Of a stretch of 64,000 nucleotides of DNA, positions 61,741 through 64,000 are shown one piece after another. The translations under genes and the position numbers were made by a program. Location: assembly GCA_964016885.1 (NCBI GenBank), contig OZ024742.1, positions 350,920,001-350,984,000 of the forward strand, in the 5' to 3' direction. The notes under the pieces were generated by a model, which saw only the letters and a program-made list of their open reading frames with translations, did not search any database and had not been told where the DNA came from. Within the stretch, counting starts at the first letter, position 1; each line of letters starts with the position of its first letter. Source of the DNA: Eledone cirrhosa. Taxonomy: Eukaryota.

Positions 61741-63399
61741 CGGATTAATAGGCACAGTTATAAACTATTGTATGTATTCATTGTGGTCAGTAAATACTAA
61801 TTGTAGTTAAAAAATAAATAAATAGATGTACTATAATCTAGATGCATCTTGTTATTGTTGCATCTTTGAAGATAGTTTAGAAATATTCAGCAATAGAATA
61901 GTTTATCTTTCGGCGGTTTTACTCCAGTATAACCGGTATACACCTTTCTATTTGTATATGTAGTGAGGCACGTTAATGTATTTTATGTTTTACCCACGAG
62001 GAGGAAACATGTAAATGTTTCTGTAATTTATTTCTATTCAAATAGACTGGTCTCTCTTCAAGTTTGTATGCAAGCATATTGGGTTTTAAAGAAATGTTAT
62101 TTCAATACATTATATCTAACAGAGCGGGTTTTAGATAATGTTTCCTCTGGTCCTAATTCACGCTATAACTGACATTGTAATAACGCCTCTTAACATCCCT
62201 GCACTCTATTTTAGAAGGATTGTTGGATTGTTTAGTAGTAAGGTCACTTTCAATCCTTTTGAAGAGTTCGTTAAATCCTTTTAATATAAATTCAAAGAGA
62301 CAGTGTGTAAGGGTGCATCTGCCTTTCAAATAATATGATAATTTAAATCTTAGAATTCGACACACTCTATAGCTTGGTGTCTGGCTGCAGCATTCATAGG
62401 ATAAATGACTACACAAGATCTCAGCTAGCTATCGATGTTGGAGTCATTGAACTCCCAAAATGGACAAAGAGACAAAGGATTGGAGTGTCAACCCAGCGAC
62501 TGGCTGCACCAGGGACATGATTGGAATGTATCATTTCTAAATATGAGTCATCACAGATTAAGCATATCTATAATCAAATATTTCTGCCAATAACCGTCCT
62601 GTCGTTTTAGACTCATGCCAAGATCTACATTATCCAACGTCTCTTTCACTTTTCAAGACAGTACTTTGTGATTTGAAAGTAAATTACCACAAATTAAGTC
62701 TCTCGTTGTCTTGTTAGCAAGACGTTCCCATTGGACGGAAATGAAAGTAGCTGGTTAAAATCGTAAAATTATAAAGAAAGACTTTAAGAAAGAAACATTA
62801 TTTGTTTTCTACATACCCTGTAGAATATATAAGACATACTACATATGTTAAAAGGTAAAAGGCAGTGTAAACCTAATTTAATCTGTAAATTACTCAGGAA
62901 AATAAGAATTGAAACTATATTACAAAGAAAGTTTGATACTATATATGATAGGTTCTTCAATTAGATTAATGAAGCGACCGAAACAAAAATGTGTTGGTGA
63001 AATATCAATATTTATCTGACTACGGCACTCGGCCAAAAAAACGAAATAAAACATGGAAATGAAAATATAACTTATTTAAGATGCTCTGCATTTAATTGAA
63101 TAAAAATTCAATGGCTTTGTAGATAGTTGAGTATTCAATAATAATAGACGAAACAACTATAAAAATAAGCTAAAAATATAAGATTGAATAAAATAAAAAT
63201 ATTTTGTTGACCATATTAACGGGTTTAGTTTATGCTATAGCCAATACAACAATGCTAAAAAGGTCACATTTTGAAGACGGATATAAACATATTTCAAATC
63301 TGGTACGTAAATTCTACTTTGTGGTTATATATAAAAAGTACTTTTCACGAGCCACACACACATGCTTACACGCCCCACCCCATATATATATATATATAT

Positions 63400-64000
63400 A
63401 GGTATGTATACGTACATACATATATATATACAGACGTACAGTAGTATGTATATATATATACATACATGCACACACATATATATATGTACATATACATAAA
63501 TACATACTTACATTTAAGTAAGTGGCGTATAAGAGTGTGAAATGAAATTTCGTTTCATTCTATTCCATTTATCGTTTTCGGTGTGCCCGGCCGACTAAAC
63601 TCACTCGATATGCAAATTAGGCTGCTCAGCCGTTAATATGCATAAGGAAAGTATATACTTTCAGACGTTCAACAATCTGGCAGGAAGGTATACGATGCTG
63701 ACGATAGCTAATAAGCTTGAAACTAGTATATCGTTCCTGTGTCAGTGTTGAACAAAAAGGTGACGTGGTTGCCTAATCACTGTATGGCGTAAGTCGGGCT
63801 GTTTGTTTGTTTACAAACAAACAAACCGAGCATTATAATAAATATTCGGTAAACCGATACGTGCATATATATGTGTGTGCATGTATGTATATATATATAC
63901 ATACTACTGTACGTCTGTATACATATATGTATGCACGTATACATACATACTTACATTTAAGTAAGTGCCGTACTAAGCGTGAGAAATGAAATTTCGTTTC
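63400..64000 (+). mobile_element. ORF-less hammerhead tandem unit (~443-bp period), retrozyme-like; hammerhead 63692-63734
   Basis: 63505-63557 repeats at 63948-64000; 63400-63480 inverted to 63865-63950; ACGATG-CTGACGA-TAGCT-aata-AGCTT-GAAAC-TA-GTA-TATCGT. Confidence 0.8.

Noticed and set aside
56400-63200. Host exons or decayed DNA transposase
   Set aside because: No recognisable protein motif or supportable splice structure; small exons cannot be excluded

Overview
A very AT-rich, microsatellite-dense animal genomic window in which I could not identify any host gene. The SINE type and repeat content suggest a cephalopod such as Octopus (inference). Most listed ORFs are (TA)n/(CA)n translation artefacts. 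The window is dominated by roughly 10 families of Penelope-like retroelements (PLEs: RT plus C-terminal GIY-YIG endonuclease), whose 3' ends carry type I hammerhead ribozymes (more than 20 motifs read directly) and which sit almost exclusively in (TA)n tracts. Most insertions are head-to-head fold-backs with asymmetric ends: one arm stops at a fixed, AT-rich internal point and the other continues through a 60-140 nt tail. In nine otherwise dissimilar families, that tail begins with the same covarying bulged hairpin (RCUC / upper stem / UH bulge / GAGY). This is the most novel-looking signal. Also present: ORF-less hammerhead tandem units (retrozyme-like, two sharing an ATGCAAAT octamer), about 13 copies of a tRNA-derived SINE, and RTE, CRE-like and R4/Dong-like LINE fragments. 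Family labels A-H are my own. Coordinates were read by eye and may be off by a few nt.
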